Source: Bispira polyomma
Lineage: Eukaryota
Assembly (NCBI GenBank): GCA_965649765.1
Contig: OZ287751.1
Span: 38,130,001-38,194,000, forward strand
Direction of reading: 5' to 3'
DNA: 64,000 nt
The position numbers and the translations under genes are program-made. Every line of letters starts with the position of its first letter. Within the stretch, counting starts at the first letter, position 1. Of the stretch, positions 1-12,520 are shown piece after piece. The notes under the pieces are model-generated. The model had not been told where the DNA came from. It made no database searches and saw only the letters and a program-made list of their open reading frames with translations.

Positions 1-59
1 TGTGAAACATTTTAAGAACACTTAGCAAAGTTATTTCAATGTTGCTTTACTTTTTTTAG

Positions 60-144
60 GGCGTGTATTGGACTCGCAGTCACCATGGCGGTTGTCCATC
101 ATTCCAGAAATGTTTTGGGCTGTGATTAATTTTTTTGTACTATT
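60..144 (+). CDS. SELENOK: Selenoprotein K, coding exon 2 (exon 1 lies upstream of the window)
   Basis: tttttttag|GG CGT GTA TTG GAC TCG CAG TCA CCA TGG... translates as (G)RVLDSQSPWRLSIIPEMFWAVINFFVL(F), matching the SELENOK N-terminal/TM signature GQVLDSRSQSPWRLSLITDFFWGIAEFVVLFF. Donor gtaagt at 145. Confidence 0.95.
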
Positions 145-450
145 GTAAGTATTTGAGTTGATTTATTGTATTGTAATAATGTGTGTTGTAATTGAGTATT
201 TTAAAATTTTTGGATATTTTATTTGATAATCCTTTAACATTCAAATTATTTAGTTATAATTTACTTTAGTTGGTGTGCAGTCTGTTGACTGGCACAACTT
301 TATAATAATTTCTCTAGTGAATAAAACTTTTATATTTCATCAAAACAAGGCTCTCCATTTGAAGCAGAAACAATTGTAACTTGACTAAAGACCATGAAAA
401 TGCCTTAGTTTTATCAGTTTAAATAATTTAATAAATTATTCTGGTAACTC

Positions 451-640
451 CATGGGCTGTATTCACAAACATTCTTAGAGTGCAATTCTTAGAATTTTGT
501 AAAGTCTCGGTCAATCATACAATAGATTTTTAACATTGAACACTTTGTAGTCTTTCAGATTCTTTGGAACAATTCTTTCAAGCAAATAAATTGCTTAAGA
601 CCAAAATTTACGAAAAAGAATCTTTGTGAATACAAGCCAT
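451..640. mobile_element. MITE (Harbinger/Tourist-like)
   Basis: Imperfect terminal inverted repeats CATGGGCTGTATTCACAAA ... TTTGTGAATACAAGCCATG; no coding capacity. Confidence 0.55.
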
Positions 641-1192
641 GATGTTTGTAAAGTTCACTTTGTAGAAGTATTAACTCGTACTTTAAATATGGTTAGTAGT
701 ATAGTTCGAGTAAAGAACACCACGCATTTCTGAGAAGAGTTTGACTACTTTCTGTAATATGGCCACAGATAATTTAAAAAAGTTAATGTTGAAATTGTCT
801 TTGGATGGACCTGCCTCAAACAGAAAAGAAATGGTACAGCTCTGTCACACCCAGTTGTAGTACTTGGTATGACTTTAATCAGTAGAATATCCTTTAGAAA
901 GTCAAGTGAAGTAAACTAATGAGGGGATATAGTGTTGTAACATATTAGTCGGACATTATTTTGGGAGTTAGTAATGTATTACTGTTGACGGGGCATAGGT
1001 TTAGAGGTTTGGTATATCAAACTGGGGCTACAGTTGTTGTGTTGTGGTGCAACCTTTACTAGAAATGTACCAGTGTTTTGGGGCACCAGTAAGTCAGTGA
1101 CCTAGGGTATATATATTGCACATATCTCTTGAGTTTGTGTCTAATATAATAAAAATAAGTTTAATAAATTTCTAATTTTTGTTTATTTTCAG

Positions 1193-1211
1193 CTTTCACA
1201 CAATGGTGAAT
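1193..1211 (+). CDS. SELENOK: Selenoprotein K, 19-nt coding microexon
   Basis: ttttcag|C TTT CAC ACA ATG GTG AAT|gtaagt. Phase 2 in and phase 0 out join the flanking exons in frame (FFHTMVN, cf. human FFKTLLQ). Confidence 0.85.
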
Positions 1212-1537
1212 GTAAGTATGTGATGAACATGTATATGTCTGAATTCCTCCTTTCTCACACAGGAATTTAATTTAGACTTAAACAAATGTAAAAAAGTAGG
1301 TAACTGACTATGTTGGCTTTCACCACATTAATGTTCAAGGAGGCTTGAAGTGCCATGATTTGGCATAATAGTTATATTACATATAAATATAAATAGTTAA
1401 ATAATTGTTTTGTGGTACAGTTTTTACAATTATGATGAAATCCATGTTTTTAAAAATACATGCTAACGAGGTAGAACAGTAGCTTATTTACCTTTGATTG
1501 AGTCTAATAATTCAACCCTGATGCATTTGTCTTTCAG

Positions 1538-1587
1538 CCAAGCAAAAGTGGCAAAGGTGAAACCCATACAACTGATTACAGAGTAGG
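1538..1587 (+). CDS. SELENOK: Selenoprotein K coding exon
   Basis: ctttcag|CCA AGC AAA...AGA GTA GG|gtaagt = PSKSGKGETHTTDYRVG. Phases are compatible with both neighbours. Confidence 0.85.
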
Positions 1588-2189
1588 GTAAGTAAACAAG
1601 ATCATGGACACTTTAACGGTTATCATTCCTCACTGGAATTGAACCCAATTTCAGAACTCCTATGTATCAAAGATCTTAACCTCCCAAAAATCTCACACTT
1701 CATAACTAGTTTTACGAGCAAGATGCCTAAAATGTTACTACCTTAGTGGAATTCCTTGCTGAAAGCTCTATTATCGCATATGTACCACTTTCAGCTCCAT
1801 TCAACTTTCCGGTCTAAACGTTTGTAACAACACATTTTAAATGTTTTACACATAAAAATGACAAAACAAACTTTGAATCTTTGATATAGAAATGTCAATT
1901 AACATAAATATACCTTTTGGCCAGAGATAAGTGCTCTTCAATGTATGATAATCCCATTCAATTTTTGTGCCCAAACACCGACAGATACTGTTTATCTTTC
2001 AACCCAAAAATTCACATCTCCATGTTTCACAGGTAGAGTATTAAATTATGAATGACCCTAGTTTTTATGCCATAAATTATGAATGACCCTAGTTTTCATG
2101 CCTTATCAGAAGTACCCATCAGTAATTGAACTTTAGAGAGCAGTTGTTTTAAGCTTAGCCCTACAGTCATACACCTACTAGAGCCTCAG

Positions 2190-4092
2190 TAATTAAGCGT
2201 CCCTTGAAAAGGGCGCTTATTTGGTTTCACCCCTGGTTTCCTCGCCGCCGCCGCCGCATGGTCTTCCTTGAATATCTCCTTCAATATTATCTGCATCAAA
2301 ATTATTTTTGGCAGTTCTCTTAACCAGGAGTGGGAAATTTTTTTCATATTCTTGACTTTGAACTTTGGCCTACTTAAATGTCAGGTGACCCTGGGGGTGT
2401 AAAAGTGCTTGTCACTAGGTTTTCTCAAAAAGTATTCATCATAGCGTAATGAAATTTGGTATGTACCTTGGTAAGGTAATTTTCAGGACGGGAGACGCTG
2501 ATGAGATTAATCGGATGATAATTGACCGATTGCCAACCGATTGATTTTTATTGAAATGTGAAAAATCGGTACTTTTTTGGTGTCTCGGAAACTATTGGGA
2601 TTTGGGCTTTTTCTTGGTATAAGTTATTCATCTACTTTTTGATTTTATGTATGATGTAAAAATTTCACAGTTCTAAGTCCAGTACTCAATGAGTACTGAG
2701 TACTTCAAATAAGTATTTTGCTCTATTTTGCTCTATCTTGCACTTTTATCAACTTTTGAAAATGGGGAAAAAAATGTGTTGATGGGTGCTTTTTGAGTGT
2801 GTGAGGATTCTTTTTATTTTTAATTTTAGACCAGTACATGCAGCGCGTAACTTTTAAAGAATAGCCTGAATTTTTATTTATTTTTTACCCCATCCAAAAA
2901 TATGCGATCGTTACTGATATAAAACGATTTTAATTTTAAAAATTAAGGTTTTTTTTTTAAACGTCCGTTATCTCGGAAACGGTGCTAGATAGAGCGATTT
3001 TGAGCTCATTTTCGACCCACAGGGTTGATTTTGCTTATATGTAAACATTTAAAAAAATTTCAATTTTGGCGGCCATCTTGAATTTCTGCATCTTTTTCGA
3101 AAATGTCCGTTATCTCGGAAACGGTGCTAGATAGAGCGATTTTGAGCTCATTTTCGACCCACAGGGTTGATTTTGCTTATATGTAAACTTTTAAGAAAAT
3201 TTCAATTTTGGCAGCCATCTTGAACTTCTGCGTCATTTTTGAAAATGTCAGTTATCTCGGAAACGGTGCTAGATAGAGCGATTTCAAGCTCATTTTCGAC
3301 CCACAGAGTTGATTTTGCTTATATGTAAACTTTTAAAAAAATTTCAATTTTGGCGGCCATCTTGAATTTCTGCGTCTTTTTCGAAAAGGTCCGTTATCTC
3401 GGAAACGGTGCTAGATAGAGCGATTTTGAGCTCATTTTCGACCCACAGGGTTGATTTTGCTTATATGTAAACTTTTAAAAAATTTTCAATTTTGGCGGCC
3501 ATCTTGAATTTCTGCGTCTTTTTCGAAAATGTCCGTTATCTCGGAAACGGTGCTAGATAGAGCGATTTCGAGCTCATTTTCGATCCACAGGGTTGATTTT
3601 ACTTATATGTAATCTTTCAAAAAATTTTAATTTTGTCGGCCATCTTGAATTTCTGCGTCTTTTTCGAAAACGTCCGTTATCTCGGAAATGGTGCTAGATA
3701 GAGCGATTTCAAGCTCATTTTCGATCCACAGGGTTGATTTTGCTTATATTTAAACTTTTAAAAAAATGTTACATTTTGGCGGCCATCTTGAATTTCTGCG
3801 TCTTTTTTGAAAATGTCCTTTATCTCAGAAACGGTGCTAGATAGAGCGATTTCAAGCTCCTTTTCGACTCACAGGGCTGATTTTTCTTTTATGTAAATTT
3901 TTATAGTAATTTTTGATTTGGGCAACCATCTTCAATTTCTACGTCTTTTTAGAAAACGTCTTATCTCGGAAATGGTGATCCTTTTCGAGCTTACATTGAC
4001 CAAAAGTGCTGATTCTGCTTATATGTCAACTTTTAAACAATATCAAACCTTGTACACTAAACAATTTCATTATTATTTCAACTTTAGGGACA
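2190..4092 (+). mobile_element. Helentron-associated-like (HINE/DINE-1/pearl-type) non-autonomous element with internal ~142-bp tandem array; 3' end truncated
   Basis: 5' subterminal repeat AAGCGTCCCT with adjacent inverted GGGCGCTT, a (GCC)n microsatellite, and about 7 tandem units of 141-143 bp (2965-3975). A near-identical, more complete copy lies at 31530-33201. Confidence 0.75.
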
Positions 4093-4105
4093 TCTTTTAG
4101 TTATA

Positions 4106-6100
4106 AACTAGAAATAGGACGCCCTGTTAAGAGTAGCTGCAACATATGAAAAGATAGCATAGAAGAACACATTAGCATGTGTAATGTCCACCCCATGAAC
4201 CTTTTGGAACAATTGCACAGTAGTCTTACAGGACTGTTTTGTTTGTAAAATATATCAACGATGCTCCAAAATTAATTAGTATACCTGTAACTTTTTTCAA
4301 GTGCACGGACAAAATGTCGTTGGACAAAATACCGAGGGGACAAAACGGCAGTCAAAATTGCAAGGGGGACAAAATGCTGTCTAACTTAATGGTCCATAAC
4401 ACATTTACACAAGCACTGCCTAGTAGTGTACACCAGGAAAAATGTCCATCAAGTGAATCCCATCAGCAAAAAATTCCATCAGGAAAATTGGCCATGAAAT
4501 TTTTTGAATATTGCCTATAGTACATTTCTTAGATACCCTGTGGGTCGAAAATTTTGACGAAATTGTCTATCTCGCACGGTTAAGGAGATAGAAGCAAATT
4601 TACGCTTTTCCATTTTTGGCAAAAATTTGAAAATTCAAAATGGCCGCCATTTTTGGGGAAAGTAAAATTTTTTTCAAAATTGCCAAGAGTACATTATTTA
4701 GATACCCTGAGGGTCGAAAATTTCGACGAAATCGCTCTATCTCGCACGGTTAAGGAGATAGAAGCAAATTTGTGTTTTTCCATTTTTGGCCAAAATTCGA
4801 AAATACAAAATGGCCGCCATTTTTGGGGAGAGGAAAATTTTTTGAAAATTGCCTATAGTACACTCTTAGATACCTTCTGGGTCTAAAATTTCGACCCAAT
4901 CGCTCTATCTCGCACGGTTAAGGAAATAGTAGCAAATTTGTGTTTTTCCATTTTGGGCAAAAATTGGAAAATTCAAAATGGCCGCCATTTTTGGGGAGAG
5001 GAAATTTTTTGAAAATTGCCAATAGTACATTTCTTAGATACCCTGTGGGTCGAAAATTTCGACGAAATCACTCTATCTGGCACGGTTAAGGAGATAGAAG
5101 CAAATTTGTGTTTTTCCAGTTTTGGCGAAAATTCAAAATGGCCGCCATTTTTGAGGAGAGGAAATTTTTTTGAAAATTGCCTATAGTACATTTGTTAGAT
5201 ACCCTGTGGGTCGAAAATTTTGACGAAATCGCTCTATCTCGCACGGTTAAGGAGATAGAAGCAAATTTACGCTTTTCCATTTTTAGCAAGAATTCGAAAA
5301 TTCAAAATGGCCGCCATTTTTGGGGAGAGTAAAAAATTTTTCAAAATTGCCAAGAGTACATTGCTTAGATACCCTGAGGGTCGAAAATTTCGATGAAATC
5401 GCTCTATCTCGCACGGTTTAGGAGATAGACATATTTATGTTTTTTGCTATGTAGCTATTACTCGGGAGGTTACAGCTATTACTCAGTTAGCTATAAAGGT
5501 ATTATCACCAAAAGCAATCCCAAGCAAGCTACTGATCCAATAATCCTCAATCCTAAATTTTGTGAACATACTTTTCCTTCAAAATGCTTAAAATAAAAAA
5601 GGTACTCAAAGTAGCTAAGTAGCTACACCAAAAAGCAATCACCAAAAGCAATCCCAAGCAAGCTACTGATCCAATAATCCTCCATCCTAAATTTTGTGAA
5701 AATACTTTTCCTTCAAAATGCTTAAAATAAAAAAGGTACTCAAAGTAGCTAAGTAGCTATTGCTGAGTCAGTTATATAGCTATTATCACTAAAAACAATC
5801 CTAAGCAAGCTATTGACCTAACTATTGCTCATACCAAATTTGGTAAAGATATGTCAAATATTTTTCCTTAAAATGCCCGGAAACCAAAGAAGTACATAAA
5901 AGTAAGTAAGTAGCTATTACTCAGTTAGCTATAGAGCTATCTTCACCAAAAGCAATCCCATGCAAGCTATTAACCCAATAAACACCCATACCAAATTTGG
6001 TAAACATAGGATAAATAGTTTTCCTTGAAATGACCGGAAACCAAGCATGCCGGACGCCGAAAAAAGCAAAAATAATATGTCCACCCCAGTTGATTAACCG
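4106..6100 (-). mobile_element. Second HINE-like element family, inverted, with ~168-bp and ~140-bp internal tandem arrays
   Basis: AACTAGAAA terminus at 4106; ATGTCCACCCCA at 4184 and 6077; ~5.5 units of ~168 bp (4500-5430), then ~4 degenerate units of a second repeat (5500-6050). Confidence 0.6.
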
Positions 6101-6594
6101 TTGATATACCAGACATATTGCCATGGTTGTAGGAATACGCTTCTAAGCTTCTTAAAAATGGTAAAATGGAACATGGTTTGGAGTACAGTATATTCCAAGT
6201 GTAACATGACAAATAAAAAGTTATTTCGATTTCATTGGTGATCTTATGTTTTAAATATAAAGTACATGTCTAACCTGAATATTGTTGTAGTTAGCATAAG
6301 AGCATGTTACTGGAGGAATTATTTAACTTAACATCAAAAAAAATATGGAGGAAAACAGCCTTGGCTGTTGCAACAAATAGTTCGTAGATTTTACCATACT
6401 TTTTATAAACCACCCAGAATCATGCAAGTTCTGGCTATTTTTACAATAAAAGAGTACCTGTTAAAGAGTAGAATAATGGTAAAAGTTTACTTAGGTACAA
6501 AACTTACTTCTCGTTGCAGCTTTAGCCGAGTGTTAAAAAATCAATAGAACATGTGTAAATGTTCAGTATAATAAACTATGTTATCTCCTTGTAG

Positions 6595-6668
6595 GCCAGG
6601 TCAGGGGCCTGGTGGTGGACCTGGTGGCAGACCTCAGAGAAGGATGGGTGGTGTGCGGCATGGTGGAG
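6595..6668 (+). CDS. SELENOK: Selenoprotein K coding exon (Gly/Pro/Arg-rich tail)
   Basis: ccttgtag|G CCA GGT CAG...GGT GGA G|gtaagt = PGQGPGGGPGGRPQRRMGGVRHGG. The P-x-RRMG motif is characteristic of SELENOK. Confidence 0.92.
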
Positions 6669-7468
6669 GTAAGTCTCGCATCTTGTTATCCCCCCCATCT
6701 CCGCAACAAAGTTTAAGGGTGTATACTAGAATCGGTCTGTCCATCCATAGGTACAATCTTTCATTGAAGGGTGTATACTAGAATCAGTCTGTCCGTACCT
6801 GGACACAATCTTTCATGGGCCACTATTGACAAACTATTGCTCCCATGTCATTCAAATTTGGGACAGGGATAGACTTACATCAGACAATGATCCCTAGATT
6901 AAGGTGATCTTAAACTCATACATTTAAATTAATCACAGCCACTTTAAGGTTACAAAATGCACATGTAGGCATCTTGGGCCACTTTTAACAAACTATTGCT
7001 CTTATTTCATTCAAAGTTGGCACAGGAATAGACTTACATCAGATGGGTATCCCTAGGTTAAGGTGAATGAGAATTCCTCGGTTACAGTACAAATCCCTGG
7101 GTGAAGGTTACCTTCTACTCGTGCATTAAGTAATCTTTCAGGTTAAAAAAATGTACATTTACTCTAATGATTTAAGGCCGAATAGCAATTTTACTATCCC
7201 AAAGAGATGAAAGCATTCCAAATGAATATTCAAATATTCTTTGTATTGTTATTAGAAAAGAATTATTACAATTCTAAAAATAAGCAGTTTTATATGAAGA
7301 TGTACGTATAAAACTGATTAAAATTAGCAAAACCAAATATTTGAATAGCAAAATCTCTTATTTTTATTTGATATATCTGAACCAAATATTCTACTATTCT
7401 CTTTTAGTTGTAATAATTTCTTCCATAAGTCCGACTAATATGTGTCTACCATATCAATGTGTTTACAG

Positions 7469-7515
7469 GTGGAGTCAGTCCGCCACCCATGGCAGGAGGA
7501 GGATGAGGGCGTTAA
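7469..7515 (+). CDS. SELENOK: Selenoprotein K terminal coding exon with selenocysteine UGA (7504-7506)
   Basis: tttacag|GT GGA GTC AGT CCG CCA CCC ATG GCA GGA GGA GGA TGA GGG CGT TAA = GGVSPPPMAGGG-U-GR-stop, matching the SELENOK C-terminus SPPPMAGGUGR. Confidence 0.96.
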
Positions 7516-7823
7516 AGGCCTTGTCGTTATGGCAACAAGCCAGGCACAGGGCCAGTAACAGACACTCTTGTCTACAGGTTCTTCACAATATTTTTGTATG
7601 TGTGTGAATAGTTTATATCAGCGTTTGTGTTTATCTACTGTGTGCAAGTATTTATTTGTGAGTCAATGTTCTTACTTGTGGTAAAGTCCATTCAAATTTG
7701 AGTTGTCTGTATCCGGGATGTTAGCAGTAATTGTTCTGTAAAGTCATGTTATGTGTGTGTAAGTGGAGAACCTGTGACAAGAGAGTCGTCTGTTCATCCG
7801 AGGCAGTGCTGTGTCTGTGTACA

Positions 7824-7877
7824 CAGTGTATGACGTTGTCATGGTAAAATCTAGTATCCATGACGACCGAGAAGCTG
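7824..7877 (+). promoter_or_regulatory. SECIS element in the SELENOK 3' UTR
   Basis: ATGAC core (7830-7834); 10-bp helix II GTTGTCATGG (7835-7844) / CCATGACGAC (7858-7867); apical AAAA (7846-7849); 3' CGAG (7868-7871); short helix I CAGT/GCTG. Confidence 0.92.
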
Positions 7878-8044
7878 CCAAAAGATGTGACAGAATCCTA
7901 GCAATATTCAAGACAGTCTCATATATTATAGTTTTAGTGTCAAATGAAAAAATGCATGTCATCTGTATTGTCTATGTATAAAATGTAACTTTGCTAGTCC
8001 GTTGTTGGACTATAACTAGGCCAGTGATAGTAGTTGTAAATATA

Positions 8045-8222
8045 CAGTTGAACCCTGTTAAGTGGAACTCTTGTTAAGTCAATTTCTCCTTTTTGTGGAG
8101 AAACATATGTAGTCTCAAGAAGGTATTTTCATGTAATATTGACCCTGTTAAGTGGAATTCCTGCTTAAGTAGATGTTTGTCACCGTGGTCCTTTGAGGTT
8201 CTACTTTAAAGGGGTTCAACTG
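8045..8222. mobile_element. Tc1/mariner(pogo)-type MITE in the SELENOK 3' UTR
   Basis: TA|CAGTTGAACCC...GGGTTCAACTG|TA. Related copies at ~9319-9498, 28523-28697, 30926-31096, 37599-37720, 53672-53853, 57550-57702 and 63569-63716. Confidence 0.75.
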
Positions 8223-8289
8223 TATCATCTGTATGTGTGTCCGTGTGTCATTTGTTAATGCTCAATGCTCAGTATGTACTGGTGTATGT

Positions 8290-8295
8290 AATAAA
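8290..8295 (+). terminator. Candidate SELENOK polyadenylation signal
   Basis: First AATAAA I found downstream of the SECIS, followed by T/GT-rich sequence. Confidence 0.55.
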
Positions 8296-11243
8296 CATTC
8301 ATGTGACAGTATGCAGGCTACTACTTTTGTATTGACATGTTTTATATGCGTTAATTATTGTAAACAGGTGCACAGAAACTATTCTGTGATGAAGGGTGAA
8401 ATTTAAGGTGACCTGCATTTCTGCAATGGTTATTAGTTAATATACAGATTTTTTTTTAGTTTTGAGTAATAATTTGCAATTAATTATTTTTTAGTCATTA
8501 TTTCTGTTTAATAATTAAACATATTTACTACGATGCCTGGCCTATTCCTATGATAAAAAGTTATAATTCACAGCTGTTTTCATTCCATTGTCTAATTTCA
8601 TTTCGTTGTCTAATTTCATTTCGTAACATTGGGCGTTTGTTTTTAGAAGCATGTTCGAAGTTAAATTTTTAGGTAATTAATACATGTACCACTAGGTTAT
8701 TAAGCTTTTAACAGTTTTTGCAGTGAAATTAACAAGTAATGCAAATATAGAATTGAAAGTAAAAATTTTAAGTTTTGTGATTATAATAATCTTGTGTTAT
8801 CAAGATAAAAGTATTAAAAGTGAAAGAACAAGTAACTCTGAGTGTAACAGCTAACTACGTCTTCATTTTCTTTCTTTTTTTTTGCGATTTCTACATGGTT
8901 TTGGGGAGTACTGAAGGTTATGGCATTTAATGTGAGGAACCTAAAGTTGCCACACTAAAAAATATTTTTTGAAATGAGTACAATAAAGTTAACCAACTGA
9001 AATATAATTACTGCAGACAAAACTACTGAAGGTAGGTTAAATGGAGATAAATAATGAAAGGTAGAAATATTTAGACCCTTTGTCAAATTTTAGGTTCCTT
9101 ACTCTTAGTTACTTGTAATATAAAGTGGTGTATGTATTATTTTAATGATACTTATGTACAGTGTAAATACAGGTTTTATGGTGGTAATATACAGCTTTTA
9201 CATAATCCAAGTATTAGAAGAGGTTCAGAATAAACATACACTTAAATCTGATGGGTTTTAATAATTACCATTTAGAAGTTTGGGGGTTTGTTGGTCACTG
9301 TCTTGGAACTAAAAATTTACAGTCCCACCCCTTTAAGTAAATCTCTGTTAAGTCAAACTCCGTGATAAACAGAAGCGAATTTGTGGTCCTACTTAACCAG
9401 ACCTTTTCCATTAAACTTTGCCCTGTTAACTAGAAATCCTGCTGAAGTAGCAGTATTTTGTGCGGTCCCTCGAAGTTCTACTTAACAGGGTTCGACTGTA
9501 GTTGGGTTTTACGCCGCCTTCAACAGCTTAGGTCATATCAAGACGACCAGATTCAGTGGTTGAGGGAAGCAGTGCTAATGCACTGTAAGCCACAGACGTA
9601 CAGTACTACCCGACAAACTTCCTCGCATGTAGGAACTTGCAAGATTGAAATCCACATTGGTGAGACCAGTGATTTTAAAGAAGCCACTTTTAACCATTAG
9701 GCCACCATGGTCCCATCACTGTGTTGTGCAGGTGGATGTCTCCTAGTAGTCGACTTCCTGGTCAACCTGCCACCAAACATTTATATACAGTTTAGTAGAC
9801 CTCTATTATCCATATACCAGGTTGGAAGGGCATTTTAACAATTTAATAGGAATGTATCAATTTTGGGGGGGGGAAGGAAAATGAGTTTAAAAAATTGAAT
9901 ATACTGATAGGCGATAGACATTCCGATAATATGGGTTGCTTCTGTTGACCACATTTGTGCAATACCATGGTCAGACATCACGTTAGCTTTGTAGTTGTAA
10001 CCCCAGACTTCCTTGTGTGGATTGTGTCTGATACTATTACTTAAATATATGGTACAAATAGTTTTTACAGCGAGTAAATGTGTAACGTCATGGTCTGACC
10101 TTGGAAACTGCGCTCTTTCCTAAAAATGCTTCTCACAAACTCAATCTTGGGAAATAATTCTCGCAGGACGTTCATATTTGGTAAAAGTAATTCCCTAAAG
10201 GGTCTAGACGTAAAGTCGCGGTCTGATCTCATTTCAACCTTCAGCTCACAATGTTGTGTACATTTGATGTTTGCAATTACTTGTTACATAAAGCTTATGT
10301 TTGGTACAATGTTAATTTGGGGGGTACAGTTGTCCATTACTGTGGTCTAATTTTGACTTTTCATCTAGGGAGATCTATTTTTGACCTTGTCTAGACAAGC
10401 TCTTCGGAACTAATCGTCCAAAGATAACTAGTAAAAAATTCCTTAGGGTGTATATGTGCAAGGCCATGTTTTGACAAAAGTTTGCGCTAGGAGTAATGAC
10501 CCTGACCTGAAACATCTTTAGTCTAAACACTATGTCAGAATTATTATCACTTGTGATAAGGAGAATTTCGGCCCATTCTGAAAAAAACATAGCCATCCTA
10601 CTCCTTATCTTCACTAAAGTAATACATAGGGTTATCATAGGTACAGATCACTCGAGATTAATTTTGGCCCATTTAATAAAAACAACTTGGTCCCCATAGC
10701 CATGGTTTCAATCAGATTTGAGGCACTACTAGCAGATTTCTATAGCTAAGTTCTTCACATATCCACATATGTCAGTCTTTTTTCAGTTGCAATTGCCATA
10801 AAATATGATTTTTCTATTGCATCTTAAATATTAATCATGGACTTCATAGGGCAAGCTGAAATTCTGTATTCCTAATGCGTTCTTCATTTTAGGTTTGTAG
10901 GTAAAAAGTATGCCACATTATTCACTCGTCTTCCGTTTGACCTAGCAATAATGGCCTTTTCCTCAACCCTTTGATGATCGTTGAAGCAGCATGTGTAGTA
11001 AAAGACAATTGTTATTGTATATAACATATTTTATTACATGGGCATCATTTTTTATCAAACCCTTGTTTGACCAGGATCTAGGAGGTAACATGCAATTAAA
11101 TATTTTACCAATGGAGGTGGGTTTCATAGAACTTATCATAGCTTGAAGTAGCCTTGAATATTATTAGAATTGACGGCCAGATGACCAGTCTAGAATAGAA
11201 CATTGTCAAAGAATTACTGTATTTCCTTTTGTCATGTGTAATG

Positions 11244-11249
11244 TTTATT
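11244..11249 (-). terminator. Candidate UBXN6 polyadenylation signal
   Basis: TTTATT on + (AATAAA on -), ~1.3 kb after the stop codon. Alternatives at 11030-11035 and 12105-12110. Confidence 0.35.
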
Positions 11250-12520
11250 TCTCCAAAAGACTATACAAAACAAGGTTGTTAAAACTAGAAATTTACAATG
11301 AACAGGTTACAATACATATTACATTAAAATGTGTCGCAAATCGGAGTACAAATACCGAAAACTACCATTTTGCTTTAAACACTTAACTGTACACCATAAT
11401 ATATGGAAATTGGGGGGTACGGTGGGCTGTTACCATGGGTCAAGAGAGTTTCCTGTAGTTAAATGTATTTGTTGTTACTTTGTTACAGAGAAAAAGCAAA
11501 TGGTGCAGGAGGTTTTGAAGTAATATTCTTAATAGTTCTAACGCAGCATTTCATAATTGTAAATTTTAACCTCCTCAGCTCATCAATATATAAATGTTAC
11601 ACTTGACAATACAGATTCACAAACGCACAAGAGTAAAATGAACTCTCACAAGAGTCATAACTCATACTGACTAATAAAGGCTTTCCCTCGGTGGTACTTT
11701 GATTAATGTGTTATAGAAAATAGGTCTGCGAGTAACTTGACTCCTACCCAAGTGAAGAGTAGTGTAATATAGATGATTTTCATAAAAAGGAAAATCAATC
11801 AAAAATTCTCTGTTGGCATTATTGCAATACAGCAAAGCACCAATTACTGTGAGCTTGGTTTTAATCTTTTTATCTAATTGACAAAGAAACAAACCCCCAA
11901 CAAATTATTATAACATATGGAGTCCACTGACATTTCTATAAAATTAAAAGGTTTTTAGGATAACCCTATATAAATTACAAACACTCCTGTAACAATTTAC
12001 AGTTTGAATAATAAGGGTTATATTTAAATATATGAACGTAATTACAACAGTTACACTAGTTATTGACAAACATTATGTCATGGACAAAGATTGAACAGAA
12101 CTGCTTTATTCCCTAGAGTTTGTACAACACCTTGTTCTTAACTAAATAGACCCATCAGCCATATCGAAATGAACAAACAAAAATAGACAATGTAGAGCAC
12201 TCTAGGATTAGCACTAAGAAGTCAACATTTATCCAAAAAACACAGTAGGGTCCAATACCAACAGGAAGGAATAAGCATTGCTTTCTAAAAAGGTAAATTT
12301 CCTACTATTAATCACAAAAAAAACGGAAGTTATTTACTTCTAACATTATTCATACCTAATAATAGTTCAGAAGTGGCTAGGCATTGGAAAAAGAAGAGAT
12401 ATACACCTTTTTTGTTTTTCTGATCAAATTAAAATATTTTTTTGAAAAGTGAAAAGATTTACAAGCAAGTGAGTAAAACAGTTTCAGACCCTTGCATAGT
12501 CTACACATATATCCAATATA

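Noticed and set aside
2965-5430. Regular arrays resembling CRISPR, and short ORFs (KMAAILNF-type) within them
   Set aside because: The units are contiguous 142/168-bp repeats with no unique spacers and no cas genes, in a eukaryotic context; the ORFs are repeat artefacts.
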